Shown: positions 9,918 to 20,354, numbered from the stretch's first letter. The stretch is DNA of 64,000 nt from an uncultured Bacilli bacterium (GCA_934089275.1 CAKOJJ010000002.1:10732-74731), one strand, 5' to 3'. Numbers and translations: made by a program. The notes: generated by a model not told the origin, from the sequence alone.

Positions 9918-10978
9918 TGATTAATACCTCCAAAAACAAAAATAATATATGAAATAACTAAAATAATTATAAATATTAAAGCAAATACAAGAGCAAACAT
10001 AATAAATGCTTTCTTTTTATCAAGAGGAATATTTCCAACAAATTCCCCACTTTCTCCATTCATTGCAAAAATATAAAACTTATCTTTATATTTTACATTT
10101 ACCATATAAACAGGTAACATAACATATTCACAGTTTTGATTGCTAGACGAAATGTTACTTTTAGTAATAGATTTAGATGCATATCCAATCGCGCTTGAAA
10201 GCATTTCATCTTTAACTGAATTTTCTACACGAGCTTCAGCATTTTTATAAGCATCTTCTTTTGATACATCATATTTTTCTGCTAGAAAGCCTGAAAGATA
10301 TGCATGATTATATGGCACTAAAGATTTATAGTCAAAGGGTTCAATCGTATTCATTATATCATCATCAAATCTAACGGAACCATCAACTGGAACCATATAA
10401 AATTTCATACTAGCTGCTCGTTCAACATCATAGTAATCTGTTTTAGTATAATGAGTATCGCCACTTGACCAACTGCTTACTCTGGTTGCATTGATGTCCA
10501 TTTCTCCTGAAGATGCTACATCAAATAACCAAAACGGAATATATACTCCCATAATTTTTTCAATATTTTTTTCATTTATAAATTCTTTAGGAATCAAACG
10601 TCTTCCTTTTTTTAATCCTTTAAAAGCAGTAATCGCGTCTTCTTTTGTTTTTTTAAATGGAATAATTTTACTAGGAGCAAATTCACCACTTAAACGACTT
10701 TTAATTATTGAAGTATTTCCACAATAAACACAAAAAGTTGCTGCTGTATTTTCGTCTGTAATTATTACAGCTCCACAATCTGGACAATTATAGTTAACAT
10801 ATTCAACGCTGCTTTCTGAAACATTATTTTCTTCAGAAGACATATCTTTTAACTCTTCAGCTTTAAATTCTCCATCACAATATTCACATTTAAAAAGACC
10901 AAGTTTAGGATTAAACTCAATCGGAGCTTGACATCTAGGACACTTATTATCTAAAACTTTTTTCTTTGTTCTAGCCAT
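9914..10978 (-). CDS. double zinc-ribbon membrane protein, function unknown
   Basis: Two CxxC...CxxC ribbons (CPRCQ..CEYC, CPDCG..CVYCG) and a C-terminal TM helix. The start is set at MARTKKK (AGGTGA RBS) rather than the ORF-track start at 11011. Confidence 0.55.
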   Translation of the reverse strand: MARTKKKVLDNKCPRCQAPIEFNPKLGLFKCEYCDGEFKAEELKDMSSEENNVSESSVEYVNYNCPDCGAVIITDENTAATFCVYCGNTSIIKSRLSGEFAPSKIIPFKKTKEDAITAFKGLKKGRRLIPKEFINEKNIEKIMGVYIPFWLFDVASSGEMDINATRVSSWSSGDTHYTKTDYYDVERAASMKFYMVPVDGSVRFDDDIMNTIEPFDYKSLVPYNHAYLSGFLAEKYDVSKEDAYKNAEARVENSVKDEMLSSAIGYASKSITKSNISSSNQNCEYVMLPVYMVNVKYKDKFYIFAMNGESGEFVGNIPLDKKKAFIMFALVFALIFIIILVISYIIFVFGGINQ

Positions 10979-11055
10979 ATTATCACCTACAAAAATTATA
11001 TCAAATAGCATAATATAAATCTATAAAAAAAGTCTTTAGCTTTAACTAAAAACTT

Positions 11056-12186
11056 TTATGCTATCTTTTGTTTTTTAAACACGACAATACTATTTAGAAT
11101 AATGAATAAAACTATAAATCCTAATATAATTAAATCATTAATCAAGATTGGTTTTATAGAATCTAAGCTTAAGTTAGTTAAATTAGAAACTATATTGTTT
11201 GCACATACATACCAATAAGTTGGAAATATATGAGCAATGTTTATTACAGAATTAGGTAAATATTCTAAAGGTACAAACACTCCAGACAAGAAGGATGTAC
11301 CAACCGCGATAACATTAACTACTCCTCCTAAAGCATTTTTATTGTTTATCAAATTGCTTAATAATATTCCTAATGCTAATGCTGCAAATGTAAATATTAA
11401 AGAATTAAGTGCATATATTAATCCATAATAATTTAATAATTCAGATTTAAATAAAATAAGTCCAATAATCATATAAAATGTCCATAAAGAAACAGCATAA
11501 ACCATACTTGATAATATAATGCTTCTATTTCTTATTTTATAACTTGTACTGCTGATAATTGAACGCATTTTAATTTTTCTTTCATTAAAGATAGCTAAAA
11601 TAGTGCCTAAAACAATTATTAAACCAGCAAGTAAAGAATAACTAGCAAAATTGAAATACGTATTTATTTTAGAAGATGCTACTGTATTCTTTTTTGAAGT
11701 TAAATCTATTTTAACATCCACATTCAAAGCCGTATTTAAATTTTCAATTGCTTCAGTTTCACTTTCAAACATCGATAAATATATATCTTGAGTCTTTAAG
11801 TAACGATCTACATACATTTGAGCTAATGTTGAATCATAATCACCAGTAGTTTTAATACTAAGTTTATCTTTATCATTTTTATTAAATCCTTCATCTATAT
11901 ATAACACATAACTAACTTGTCTATAAAATAATGCATCATCGATATCATATGCATCATATTCTTTGATTTCACATCTAGAAGATAAATATTGAATAAAATT
12001 ATCCGTAACAATCGATTTTTCGTCTTTATTTATAATAGCTATTTTAGGTTTTTCAGCTTCATATAAAACGTTATTTTCATTTGTAGTAACATTTATACCA
12101 CCAAAACCTACTAAAATGACACTATAAAGTATAATTAATCCTTTATATTTTTTTAATATTTTAAAAAATGTACTAGATACTGTCAT
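11056..12186 (-). CDS. ABC-2 type transporter permease
   Basis: N-terminal TM helix, a large extracytoplasmic loop and a C-terminal bundle of about 5 TM helices. It lies downstream of the ABC ATPase. Confidence 0.65.
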   Translation of the reverse strand: MTVSSTFFKILKKYKGLIILYSVILVGFGGINVTTNENNVLYEAEKPKIAIINKDEKSIVTDNFIQYLSSRCEIKEYDAYDIDDALFYRQVSYVLYIDEGFNKNDKDKLSIKTTGDYDSTLAQMYVDRYLKTQDIYLSMFESETEAIENLNTALNVDVKIDLTSKKNTVASSKINTYFNFASYSLLAGLIIVLGTILAIFNERKIKMRSIISSTSYKIRNRSIILSSMVYAVSLWTFYMIIGLILFKSELLNYYGLIYALNSLIFTFAALALGILLSNLINNKNALGGVVNVIAVGTSFLSGVFVPLEYLPNSVINIAHIFPTYWYVCANNIVSNLTNLSLDSIKPILINDLIILGFIVLFIILNSIVVFKKQKIA

Positions 12187-13318
12187 ATTTAATCCTCCTC
12201 ATACTTCTAATCGATAATAAAATTAAAACAAAAGAGAAAAGTAACATATTAACAATATCAAAAATAAATCTTTGATTGCTAGTATAATAATATGAAGCAT
12301 ATAAAGCATCAGTAACCATACTAGCTGGATTAATTCTACTTAAAATTGGTACATAAGTATCAATTATATATTTCATAGTTATTCCCATCATTCCTGATAA
12401 GAAACAAAATACCATAGATGAAGCAATCATAATACCTGTTTTTGTATTTTCTTTAATCGGTAATGTTCCAACAAATATACCAATACTTGTTCCAGCAAGT
12501 GCCCCATTTAAGGAAACTATTATCAAGTTTATAATATTATTTCCATAATCAACTTTTAATACCAATATCGTATAAAGAATCAATAAGGCTATTCCAATAA
12601 GTTCTATTAAATAACTTGCTAATACACTTGCTAAAACCATTTTTGTTTTATTTAATGGTGCAATTGTATTTCTTTTTCCAACCGCGTCTATATTAGCTTG
12701 TTCTTTATTAATAGCTGTCATAGCAAACATACCACCATATAATAAAGCCATGGCAATTACTGTATAATATTCAATCATAGTATAACTTAAATTATTATTG
12801 CTCACATTTTTTAATTTTATATCTTGATTAAGTTTGTCCATAATATTTTTTGTAGCATCATAATCTTCAAGTTTAACTTTAGAATAATAATCATTTAAAA
12901 CATTTTTATTAAGTTCTATTTCTTCAATAACACTTGTTAATACAGTTTGATATATTCCATTTTGTTTAACAGTTACTTTTGGTTCATCATCTTTAATACT
13001 AAAATAACCAATTATTTCATCATTATCCAATAGTTTTTTAGCTTTTTCTTCATCTACATATAAAACATTAAATAATCGATTGTCGTTCTTTTCATCACTT
13101 AAAGATTTAAAAGTTTCTTTATAAATAATATTCTCATTAAAAGATTCATCATTAATTATTGCAATATTGCTAGGATTATATTGTTCTTCTTTTTCTATAT
13201 TTGAAAAAGCCATTTTAAAAAATGATCCTAATAACAACGGAAAAGCAAAAGTCCAAAATATAAGAGCTTTATTTCTTAATAAACTTTTAAAAGTATATTT
13301 AAACTTTCTAACAAACAT
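12173..13318 (-). CDS. ABC-2 type transporter permease
   Basis: Same architecture as 11056..12186. It overlaps both neighbouring genes. Confidence 0.65.
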   Translation of the reverse strand: MFVRKFKYTFKSLLRNKALIFWTFAFPLLLGSFFKMAFSNIEKEEQYNPSNIAIINDESFNENIIYKETFKSLSDEKNDNRLFNVLYVDEEKAKKLLDNDEIIGYFSIKDDEPKVTVKQNGIYQTVLTSVIEEIELNKNVLNDYYSKVKLEDYDATKNIMDKLNQDIKLKNVSNNNLSYTMIEYYTVIAMALLYGGMFAMTAINKEQANIDAVGKRNTIAPLNKTKMVLASVLASYLIELIGIALLILYTILVLKVDYGNNIINLIIVSLNGALAGTSIGIFVGTLPIKENTKTGIMIASSMVFCFLSGMMGITMKYIIDTYVPILSRINPASMVTDALYASYYYTSNQRFIFDIVNMLLFSFVLILLSIRSMRRIKYDSI

Positions 13319-14256
13319 CAGTCTCTTAAATCCTTTCCAGTAAGTTCCAAGAATACATCATTTAAAGTAGGTTTAGAAGATGTAATACTTCCATATTTAA
13401 CTTTTTTCTTATTAAATAAATCTATTAATTCGCCAATATTATTTTTACCTTTTTTATAAGTAATAGTAAGTACATTGTTTGTATAGTCTATATAATCTAC
13501 TTCCTTTTTATTTGATATTTCTTCTAAAATATTTTCACTTAAATCATTAACATCTACTACTACTTTTTCTTCAATATTTGATAATTCTTTTAACTCTTCT
13601 TTTGTACCACTTGCTAGTACTTTTCCTCTATCTAAAATGATAACTCTATCACATAGTTCTTCCACTTCTTCCATATAATGAGTTGTATATAGAATTGTTG
13701 CTCCATTGTCCCTTAAAGTTTTAATGTTATCTAAAATATTATTTCTACTTTGAGGATCTACTGCAACCGTAGGTTCATCAAATATTATAAGTTTTGGTTT
13801 ATGTGCGATTCCACAAGCTATGTTAAGTCTTCTTAATAAACCACCAGAAAGTTGTTTTGGATAAAACTTTTTAAAGTTATTTAAACCAACTAATCCAATT
13901 GCTTCTTCTACATATTCACGTCTTTTATCTTTGTCATAAACATATAATCCACAAAAATAATCTATATTTTCATAAACTGTTAATTCCTCAAATACAGCAA
14001 CTTCTTGAAATACAACTCCAATGTCTTTTTTTATATCATAACTAGTAGGTGTCATGCATTTCCCAAATATCATTATTTTTCCACTTTGATAATTTAGAAG
14101 AGATAGAATCGAATTCATTGCTGTTGTCTTTCCACTTCCATTTGGTCCAAGTAAACCTAATATTTCATTTTCATAAACATCAAATGACAAATCATCCAAT
14201 GCTTTTAAATTTTTATAACATTTTGTTAAATGCTTTACTTCTATGACTTTATTCAT
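13318..14256 (-). CDS. ABC transporter ATP-binding protein
   Basis: Walker A GPNGSGKTT, signature LSGGLLRR, Walker B LIIFDEPT. The start is set at MNKVIEV (AAAGGAG RBS). Confidence 0.85.
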   Translation of the reverse strand: MNKVIEVKHLTKCYKNLKALDDLSFDVYENEILGLLGPNGSGKTTAMNSILSLLNYQSGKIMIFGKCMTPTSYDIKKDIGVVFQEVAVFEELTVYENIDYFCGLYVYDKDKRREYVEEAIGLVGLNNFKKFYPKQLSGGLLRRLNIACGIAHKPKLIIFDEPTVAVDPQSRNNILDNIKTLRDNGATILYTTHYMEEVEELCDRVIILDRGKVLASGTKEELKELSNIEEKVVVDVNDLSENILEEISNKKEVDYIDYTNNVLTITYKKGKNNIGELIDLFNKKKVKYGSITSSKPTLNDVFLELTGKDLRD

Positions 14257-14260
14257 CTTT

Positions 14261-15079
14261 TTACTCCTTTGTATCAATTTTTATAGAGCCTATTCCACCA
14301 TCAATTTTAATACTATTATCACCATTTCCAATGGTAGTTTCGTTTTCTATTTCTTTATCATTTAGTTTAACACTGCCAATTCCCTTAGAAGCATATATTT
14401 TATAATTATCTATTGAATCTTTTAAAGTTAGATTAATACTTCCAACTCCACCATCTATATTTGATGAACCAGTTAGTTTTGCAGTTATACTAACACTTCC
14501 AACACCCATATCTAATTTCATATTATTTATGTTTCCAGAATTTATATCTATTTTTCCAGTTCCACCATCAACAATTAATCTGTTTTCAACATTTAAATTA
14601 CCACAAGTAAATTTTCCTGCTCCTAAATTGAAATTACCATTTTTCATATTTAATGAACTAATATCCGTTACACCTGCTCCTAAAGAAAAAGTAACATCAT
14701 TGAAAGTGTAATATTTTGGAATATAAATAGTTATAACACTTTGATTTCTTTTTCTAATTGAATGTTTTTTCTTTTCCTTTACATAAGCAGTAGAATTATT
14801 CATTTCATAAAATACATATTTATTATTTGTTTCTATTATAAAGTTTGCACCTTCTTCAATTTTAATAGTTGAAGTATTTATATCAACATTCAAGTTTTTT
14901 ATATCATCGATATTTTCAACATCTACTAAAGTATATATTTTTTTATATTCGCCTTTATCAACTTCAAATAAAGATAATACTGATATTACTGCACTTATAA
15001 TTCCAGCAATTATAGAAACTCCTAATATAAGCGCTAGAGAGAGGGCAATTGTTCTTACTATTGAATTTTCATTACTCAT
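14261..15079 (-). CDS. DUF4097-like beta-strand repeat protein (putative adhesin fold), membrane anchored
   Basis: N-terminal TM helix. Repeated G-x-G-S-(I/V) strands (GVGSVSI, GVGSINL, GIGSVKL, GIGSIKI). Confidence 0.55.
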   Translation of the reverse strand: MSNENSIVRTIALSLALILGVSIIAGIISAVISVLSLFEVDKGEYKKIYTLVDVENIDDIKNLNVDINTSTIKIEEGANFIIETNNKYVFYEMNNSTAYVKEKKKHSIRKRNQSVITIYIPKYYTFNDVTFSLGAGVTDISSLNMKNGNFNLGAGKFTCGNLNVENRLIVDGGTGKIDINSGNINNMKLDMGVGSVSITAKLTGSSNIDGGVGSINLTLKDSIDNYKIYASKGIGSVKLNDKEIENETTIGNGDNSIKIDGGIGSIKIDTKE

Positions 15080-15750
15080 TTAATCTCTATTCCTCCAAAT
15101 GCACATCTACCATTTATATATATGGTTTTAACATTTTCTTTCTTTGAAACTTTATTATCAATTCCACCAAATATACAAGAAGACGTTACTACAACATTTA
15201 CATCTTTAGGAACATATATTTCTATTCCTCCAAACACAGCATTAGCGTTTATAGAAATATCTTCTTTAATAATCGCACCTCTAAGATCAACCTTTATACC
15301 ACCAAAGATTGCTTCTACATTGGTACCTTTAAATTCTTCTTTGTCATAATTTATCTTTTGACTTGAAAAAACTGCTGTATTTACTTCATCACTGCCTTTA
15401 ATATTAAGTTCTTCTATTTTTTTCTTGATTTTATTACCAAATATTTCTTTAACTATATAACTAACTCCAATAATAACTAAAATAACCGGTAATAATAATT
15501 TAAGAACCATTTCAAAAGTAACAACTTCTTGACAACCTAATAATAAAAGAGTTCCAATAACTATTCCAATAATACTTCCTGTTTTATCATGATCTTCAAA
15601 TAAACCAAACACACATGGAATGATTATAAATAAAGTCCACCATCCATCAAAGAAAATATCTATATCAGTATAACCTAAAGTTTTTAACCCAAATAATACT
15701 CCAACAGCAATAAAACATAACCCAATCAAAACATTTTTAAATTTTTTCAT
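15076..15750 (-). CDS. LiaF-like cell-envelope stress protein
   Basis: Four N-terminal TM segments and a C-terminal repeat FGGIKVDL/FGGIEIYV/FGGIDNK/FGGIEIK, typical of the LiaF/YvqF C-terminal domain. Confidence 0.55.
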   Translation of the reverse strand: MKKFKNVLIGLCFIAVGVLFGLKTLGYTDIDIFFDGWWTLFIIIPCVFGLFEDHDKTGSIIGIVIGTLLLLGCQEVVTFEMVLKLLLPVILVIIGVSYIVKEIFGNKIKKKIEELNIKGSDEVNTAVFSSQKINYDKEEFKGTNVEAIFGGIKVDLRGAIIKEDISINANAVFGGIEIYVPKDVNVVVTSSCIFGGIDNKVSKKENVKTIYINGRCAFGGIEIK

Positions 15751-16348
15751 TTCTTACCTCCAAATTTTTATAATCTTTTAAACTTTTTAAATTAAATTCT
15801 GTTTTTAACTTCATTAAATTCATAAGCGCTAAATATTGTTCAACTAACAACAATTCAATTTCTTCATCACTAAAGTTACATGTATGATTTAATATAAGTG
15901 AAACTATACCTTGGGTAAATAACCACATCTTTAAATGAAAGTCTTTTATCATTTCATCAGTAAAATTATTCATCTTCTTCATATTAATCGCGATTATTTT
16001 AAATGATTCATCATTAATCATACATTCCATCGCATTTCTTTCTGAAGGAATTGTAAATATTGCTTTAAAAACATTTGGATTTATTTTAGCAAATCTAATA
16101 TATCTAATTCCTGTATCCTTATAATCCTTAGATAATTTCATATAATCATTATATTTTTGATAACAATAATCTAACACTTCCTTTTTTAAACTATCCATAT
16201 TATCAAAATTAGAAAATAATGGTTGAACAGAACAATTCAATTTCTTAGCTAAATCTCTAGCATTAAGCGAATCAATTCCCCTTTCTTCTACCAGTTCATA
16301 TCCAGCTTTAACAATGTCTTCTTTACTAATCCTTTTTAACGGTGGCAT
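15737..16348 (-). CDS. TetR/AcrR family transcriptional regulator
   Basis: HTH LNARDLAKKLNCSVQPLFSNF. The start is set at MPPLKR (GAAAGGAAAA RBS); the ORF-track start is 16366. Confidence 0.8.
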   Translation of the reverse strand: MPPLKRISKEDIVKAGYELVEERGIDSLNARDLAKKLNCSVQPLFSNFDNMDSLKKEVLDYCYQKYNDYMKLSKDYKDTGIRYIRFAKINPNVFKAIFTIPSERNAMECMINDESFKIIAINMKKMNNFTDEMIKDFHLKMWLFTQGIVSLILNHTCNFSDEEIELLLVEQYLALMNLMKLKTEFNLKSLKDYKNLEVRNEKI

Positions 16349-16436
16349 ATTTGTTTTCCTTTCCATAACGTTTGTTATATATCATATGTTATATTATAAA
16401 TTTATATTTGTCAATAAAAAAATAGCACCTTTGATG

Positions 16437-17147
16437 CTATTTGGTTTTACACGTGCAATTTGAACTTAAAGTAAGAGGAATTTCGTAAGTTATATCTTTT
16501 CCTTCAATAGTTAAAGCTTTAATTTTTAAGTATAAACTATTTTCCTTAAATTCTTTACATAATCTTGAATAATTATCTACCGTAAATAAAGCATTTTCCA
16601 AAAAATCCTCTAACTTAGTTGGAGTAACACTATCATGAGAATAAGTAGCAATTTGTTTATCTATATCATTTTCTTTTTCATATAAAATACAATCTATCTT
16701 TTTATAAATATTTACATCATCTCCACCACAATAAGTTATTTTATTTATAAATATTGATGATTTTTTATCGTTATAGGAAATTGTTCCTGAAATATTAAAA
16801 TCATTACATTTAGTTGATAAAGTTTTAAATTCATAAGTATCATTATGACCTAATAACATAATAATAAACATCAAAATAATAATAAATATTCCGATTATTG
16901 CACTTTTCAAATATTTATAATCTATTTGACGATTCGGTTTTTTTTCGCCATCTAAAAACTCATCTATTCCTATATTAAAATCTTCACTCATTTGTTTTAT
17001 AAGTGACATATCTGGAAGATTTTTGCCATTTTCCCATTTAGAAACAGCTTGATAAGTAACACCATATTTATCAGCAAATTCCTTTTGAGTTAAATGATTT
17101 TCTGTTCTAAGTTTTTTTATAAATTCACCTATTTTATTTTGATCCAC
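16437..17147 (-). CDS. membrane-anchored XRE-family HTH protein
   Basis: HTH LTQKEFADKYGVTYQAVSKWENG, a central TM helix and an extracytoplasmic C-terminal domain. Confidence 0.75.
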   Translation of the reverse strand: MDQNKIGEFIKKLRTENHLTQKEFADKYGVTYQAVSKWENGKNLPDMSLIKQMSEDFNIGIDEFLDGEKKPNRQIDYKYLKSAIIGIFIIILMFIIMLLGHNDTYEFKTLSTKCNDFNISGTISYNDKKSSIFINKITYCGGDDVNIYKKIDCILYEKENDIDKQIATYSHDSVTPTKLEDFLENALFTVDNYSRLCKEFKENSLYLKIKALTIEGKDITYEIPLTLSSNCTCKTK

Positions 17148-17238
17148 AAAACCACATCCATTATCTATTTAATTATATCATTATATTTAATAATTCTAAA
17201 TATTTTTTATTGGCATAAAATTATAAAAAGGAGAAGAT

Positions 17239-17460
17239 ATGAAGATAAATGATTTAGTAACTATTGATGAAAACCATTATATAATTTTTAGCAAATGTAA
17301 ATATAACAACACCGAATTTTATTATTTAATTAATGATAAAGAAAAGAAATATTGCTTCTTCGAAAACAAAAAAGCAATTTTAATTGAAGATAAAAATCTA
17401 ATGGATATACTTACACCATTGTTTATAGATACTTTTAAATTACATTTTGATATAACATAA
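17239..17460 (+). CDS. hypothetical small protein
   Basis: 73-aa ORF preceded by AAAGGAGAAG. One of the few plus-strand genes in the chromosomal part. Confidence 0.45.
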   Translation: MKINDLVTIDENHYIIFSKCKYNNTEFYYLINDKEKKYCFFENKKAILIEDKNLMDILTPLFIDTFKLHFDIT

Positions 17461-17501
17461 ATTTATTGAAAAAAGCAATATATTTATTGATATAAAATAA
17501 A

Positions 17502-18044
17502 TTATCTGTTTTTATATAAAAAGCAGTTTTTTTCATGAGCATATATAACACCTATTGCACAAAGATATGAATAAATAATTGTCGAACCCACAAACTTCAT
17601 TCCACGCTTTTTTAAATCAAAAGATATCTTATCAGAAAGTTCTGAGGTTGTTTTTCCACTTTCATAAAAAATAATTCCACCTGTAAAAGTACAAAGATAA
17701 TTATAAAAACCTCCAAATTTTTTTATGATATCAAAATATATTTTGGAATTATTAATACTTGCTTGAATCTTTAATCGATTACGAATAATTGCTTTATCGT
17801 TCATTAATTTTTCAATTTTTTTATCATCAAAGTTCACAACCTTATTTATATCAAAACCTTCGTATGCTTTTAAAAAGGCTTCTCTTTTATTTAAAACACA
17901 TTCCCATGAAAGACCAGCTTGAAATGATTCAAGTATAAACATTTCATAAAGATATTTTTCATCTTTATTTAAAATACACCATTCATTATCATGATAGTTA
18001 ACATATTTTTCATTTTTTAAATTACACCACGAACATCTATTCAT
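17502..18044 (-). CDS. tag: DNA-3-methyladenine glycosylase I
   Basis: RCSWC...YHDNEW...ESFQAGLSW is the Tag signature. Confidence 0.85.
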   Translation of the reverse strand: MNRCSWCNLKNEKYVNYHDNEWCILNKDEKYLYEMFILESFQAGLSWECVLNKREAFLKAYEGFDINKVVNFDDKKIEKLMNDKAIIRNRLKIQASINNSKIYFDIIKKFGGFYNYLCTFTGGIIFYESGKTTSELSDKISFDLKKRGMKFVGSTIIYSYLCAIGVIYAHEKNCFLYKNR

Positions 18045-18546
18045 ATTTATCCTCCGGAATACTCATATAATCTTTATAACTTCCTTCTAACTTTAGCAAA
18101 TTTAGTTTATTATTAATTCCTCCACCATAACCAACTAAAGAATTATTTTTTCCAATAACACGATGACATGGAATAATTAAACAAATGGGATTTCTATGCA
18201 AAGCTCCCCCTACTGCTTGAGCAGACATTTTCTTTATTCCACGTTTTTTAGCAATACTTTGAGCAATATCTCCATAAGTTAAAAGTTCTCCAGAAGGAAT
18301 ATCTTTGATTTCATCTATTACCGATAAGCAAAAATTGCTTACACCAGTAATTTTAAACTTTGGAGTAAATGTAGGTTCAACTCCAGAAAAATAAATATCT
18401 AACCATTTTACTGCTTCAGTAAACACTTCCTCATTTTCACAAATTATTTCTTCATTTGAAAACTCCAACCTAGTTAAATATTCCCCGTCACTTTCAAGTA
18501 TTATGTTATCAAAATTATATGGTGTTATATAAATTTTTTTATACAT
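18037..18546 (-). CDS. ogt: methylated-DNA--protein-cysteine methyltransferase
   Basis: Active-site motif IPCHRV and the preceding LTYGDIA helix. Confidence 0.85.
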   Translation of the reverse strand: MYKKIYITPYNFDNIILESDGEYLTRLEFSNEEIICENEEVFTEAVKWLDIYFSGVEPTFTPKFKITGVSNFCLSVIDEIKDIPSGELLTYGDIAQSIAKKRGIKKMSAQAVGGALHRNPICLIIPCHRVIGKNNSLVGYGGGINNKLNLLKLEGSYKDYMSIPEDKYE

Positions 18547-18555
18547 TATATCACT

Positions 18556-19446
18556 TCACTTTAAGCGTCTTTTTATTATATCATCACTTTCTAATTTTCC
18601 AATAAGTAAAGATGAATTTTTATCGTGTCTTTTAATATTTTCAGCAACTGCTTCTTCATCATAATTCGCATAACAATATTTACACATATGCGGACAAGTA
18701 TTATACCATCCAATATCAACCATCGGAACACAGTGGCATTTGTGATCCTTTCTAGCAGTCCATTCACCTTTATAGATTTTACCAGTTAATTTGTAAACAA
18801 GTTCTTTTGACATACATTCATCTTTAATAAATCCATATTCAACTAAAGTGTTATCTTCAAAACAAGTAGAAACTTTAATATTATGAGATTCCGCAATAGA
18901 GCTAAAATTAGTTCCAATTAAAGCATAATCAGAATTACTAAATTCTTTATATTTTAAAGTACTATAATTTTTTCTAACATTTTTATAATCATCAATGAAA
19001 GATACAATTATTTTATTAATATAACCATCCAATTTTGAGCAAAGCTTAGAAAATGCTTTAATATGATAAGAAATTGAATAAACATCACTTATAAATATTG
19101 GATCATATCTAACAACAACATTTTCTATTCCTAGAATTTTACTGATTTTCTTCACTGATTCTATAACTTTACTTTTATCAGGGACATTTGGTTCAATATC
19201 CTTTTTATATGGAGTAATTGTTACATGAAAAACAATTGGTTTGTTAATAAGTTCTAATTTATCAACAATAGGAATTGGATTTTTAGTACAAAATAAAATT
19301 GCATCTACATCTTCAAAAAAAATTCTACTAACTAGTTTTTTATTAAAAGGATTTCTTACATCAACAAATCCTTCATTGTATCTATTCATAAACCAATCTG
19401 TATAAAAGGCAACAATATCTGTTCTTCCACTCACATTTAATATCAT
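18556..19446 (-). CDS. DUF1848-family protein with C-terminal Cys cluster
   Basis: N-terminus ILNVSGRTDIVAFYTDWFMNR resembles DUF1848. C-terminal CHC...CPHMCKYCYAN suggests an Fe-S or metal site. Confidence 0.5.
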   Translation of the reverse strand: MILNVSGRTDIVAFYTDWFMNRYNEGFVDVRNPFNKKLVSRIFFEDVDAILFCTKNPIPIVDKLELINKPIVFHVTITPYKKDIEPNVPDKSKVIESVKKISKILGIENVVVRYDPIFISDVYSISYHIKAFSKLCSKLDGYINKIIVSFIDDYKNVRKNYSTLKYKEFSNSDYALIGTNFSSIAESHNIKVSTCFEDNTLVEYGFIKDECMSKELVYKLTGKIYKGEWTARKDHKCHCVPMVDIGWYNTCPHMCKYCYANYDEEAVAENIKRHDKNSSLLIGKLESDDIIKRRLK

Positions 19447-20297
19447 TCTACATTGTCTTTCTTTAACACTTCAAACATATTATCTAATATCAAATTAGCA
19501 TTTAACCCCCGAACAAAAGTAATTTCGTGATCACTTTTGACAAAGATAAACTTGTTGTCTTCACCTATTTCTGGAGCACATATATTTATAGTTTTAAACC
19601 ATTTTTTATTTATCATATAAGCAACAACGCTTATATCCCAAAGTGGCCATCTTCTATGTGGACCCCAAGGTCTATCATAAAATTTGTCAATTAAATAATC
19701 ATTTAAAGCATTTCCACTTTTAAGTTCATATTTTAATTCGTATATTGACATAAGTAAATTTGACGTTATAGGAGAACATGGAATAACTGTCATATTAACT
19801 TTAGATGAAAAGACATATCCTACTGCATCAACATCTTGCTTAAAATTAAAATCTTGATTATCACCAAATAAAAAGTTACTTCCTAACCAAATTAGTTCAA
19901 TTTTATTTATAACTTCAGGATGATGTTTTAACAATATAGCTATATTAGTAAGACATCCTATAGCTAAAATATAGGTTTTATCACATTCTTTTATAATTTC
20001 AAACATTCTTTTTATTGCATCTGTTTCTTCCTCATAACCATTTTTAAAATAGTCTCTACTTCCTTTTACAATGGTTGTATAGTCATGAATACCTAAATAA
20101 TCATAAAGTTTGCAGGCTTCTTTATAACTTGCATCAATAGATTCTGCTACTGTACCTTTCCACATACTATGTTTAAAAGGAGCAATCGTGATTGCTTTTA
20201 CATTAAACATGTTAGATTTTAAAAGATATGCAATCGCGAATAAATCATCTGCTTCATTACATACATCACTATCTAAGATAACATTTGGTTTATTCAT
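19443..20297 (-). CDS. nucleoside hydrolase-like (IUNH family) protein
   Basis: N-terminal aspartate cluster ILDSDVCNEADDLFAIAY resembles the IUNH DxDxxxDD motif, with a 2-residue insertion. Confidence 0.5.
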   Translation of the reverse strand: MNKPNVILDSDVCNEADDLFAIAYLLKSNMFNVKAITIAPFKHSMWKGTVAESIDASYKEACKLYDYLGIHDYTTIVKGSRDYFKNGYEEETDAIKRMFEIIKECDKTYILAIGCLTNIAILLKHHPEVINKIELIWLGSNFLFGDNQDFNFKQDVDAVGYVFSSKVNMTVIPCSPITSNLLMSIYELKYELKSGNALNDYLIDKFYDRPWGPHRRWPLWDISVVAYMINKKWFKTINICAPEIGEDNKFIFVKSDHEITFVRGLNANLILDNMFEVLKKDNVE

Positions 20298-20354
20298 AAT
20301 ACCACTTCCATACTATATATAGTATAACAAAAAAAGATATAACTTAATATATCT

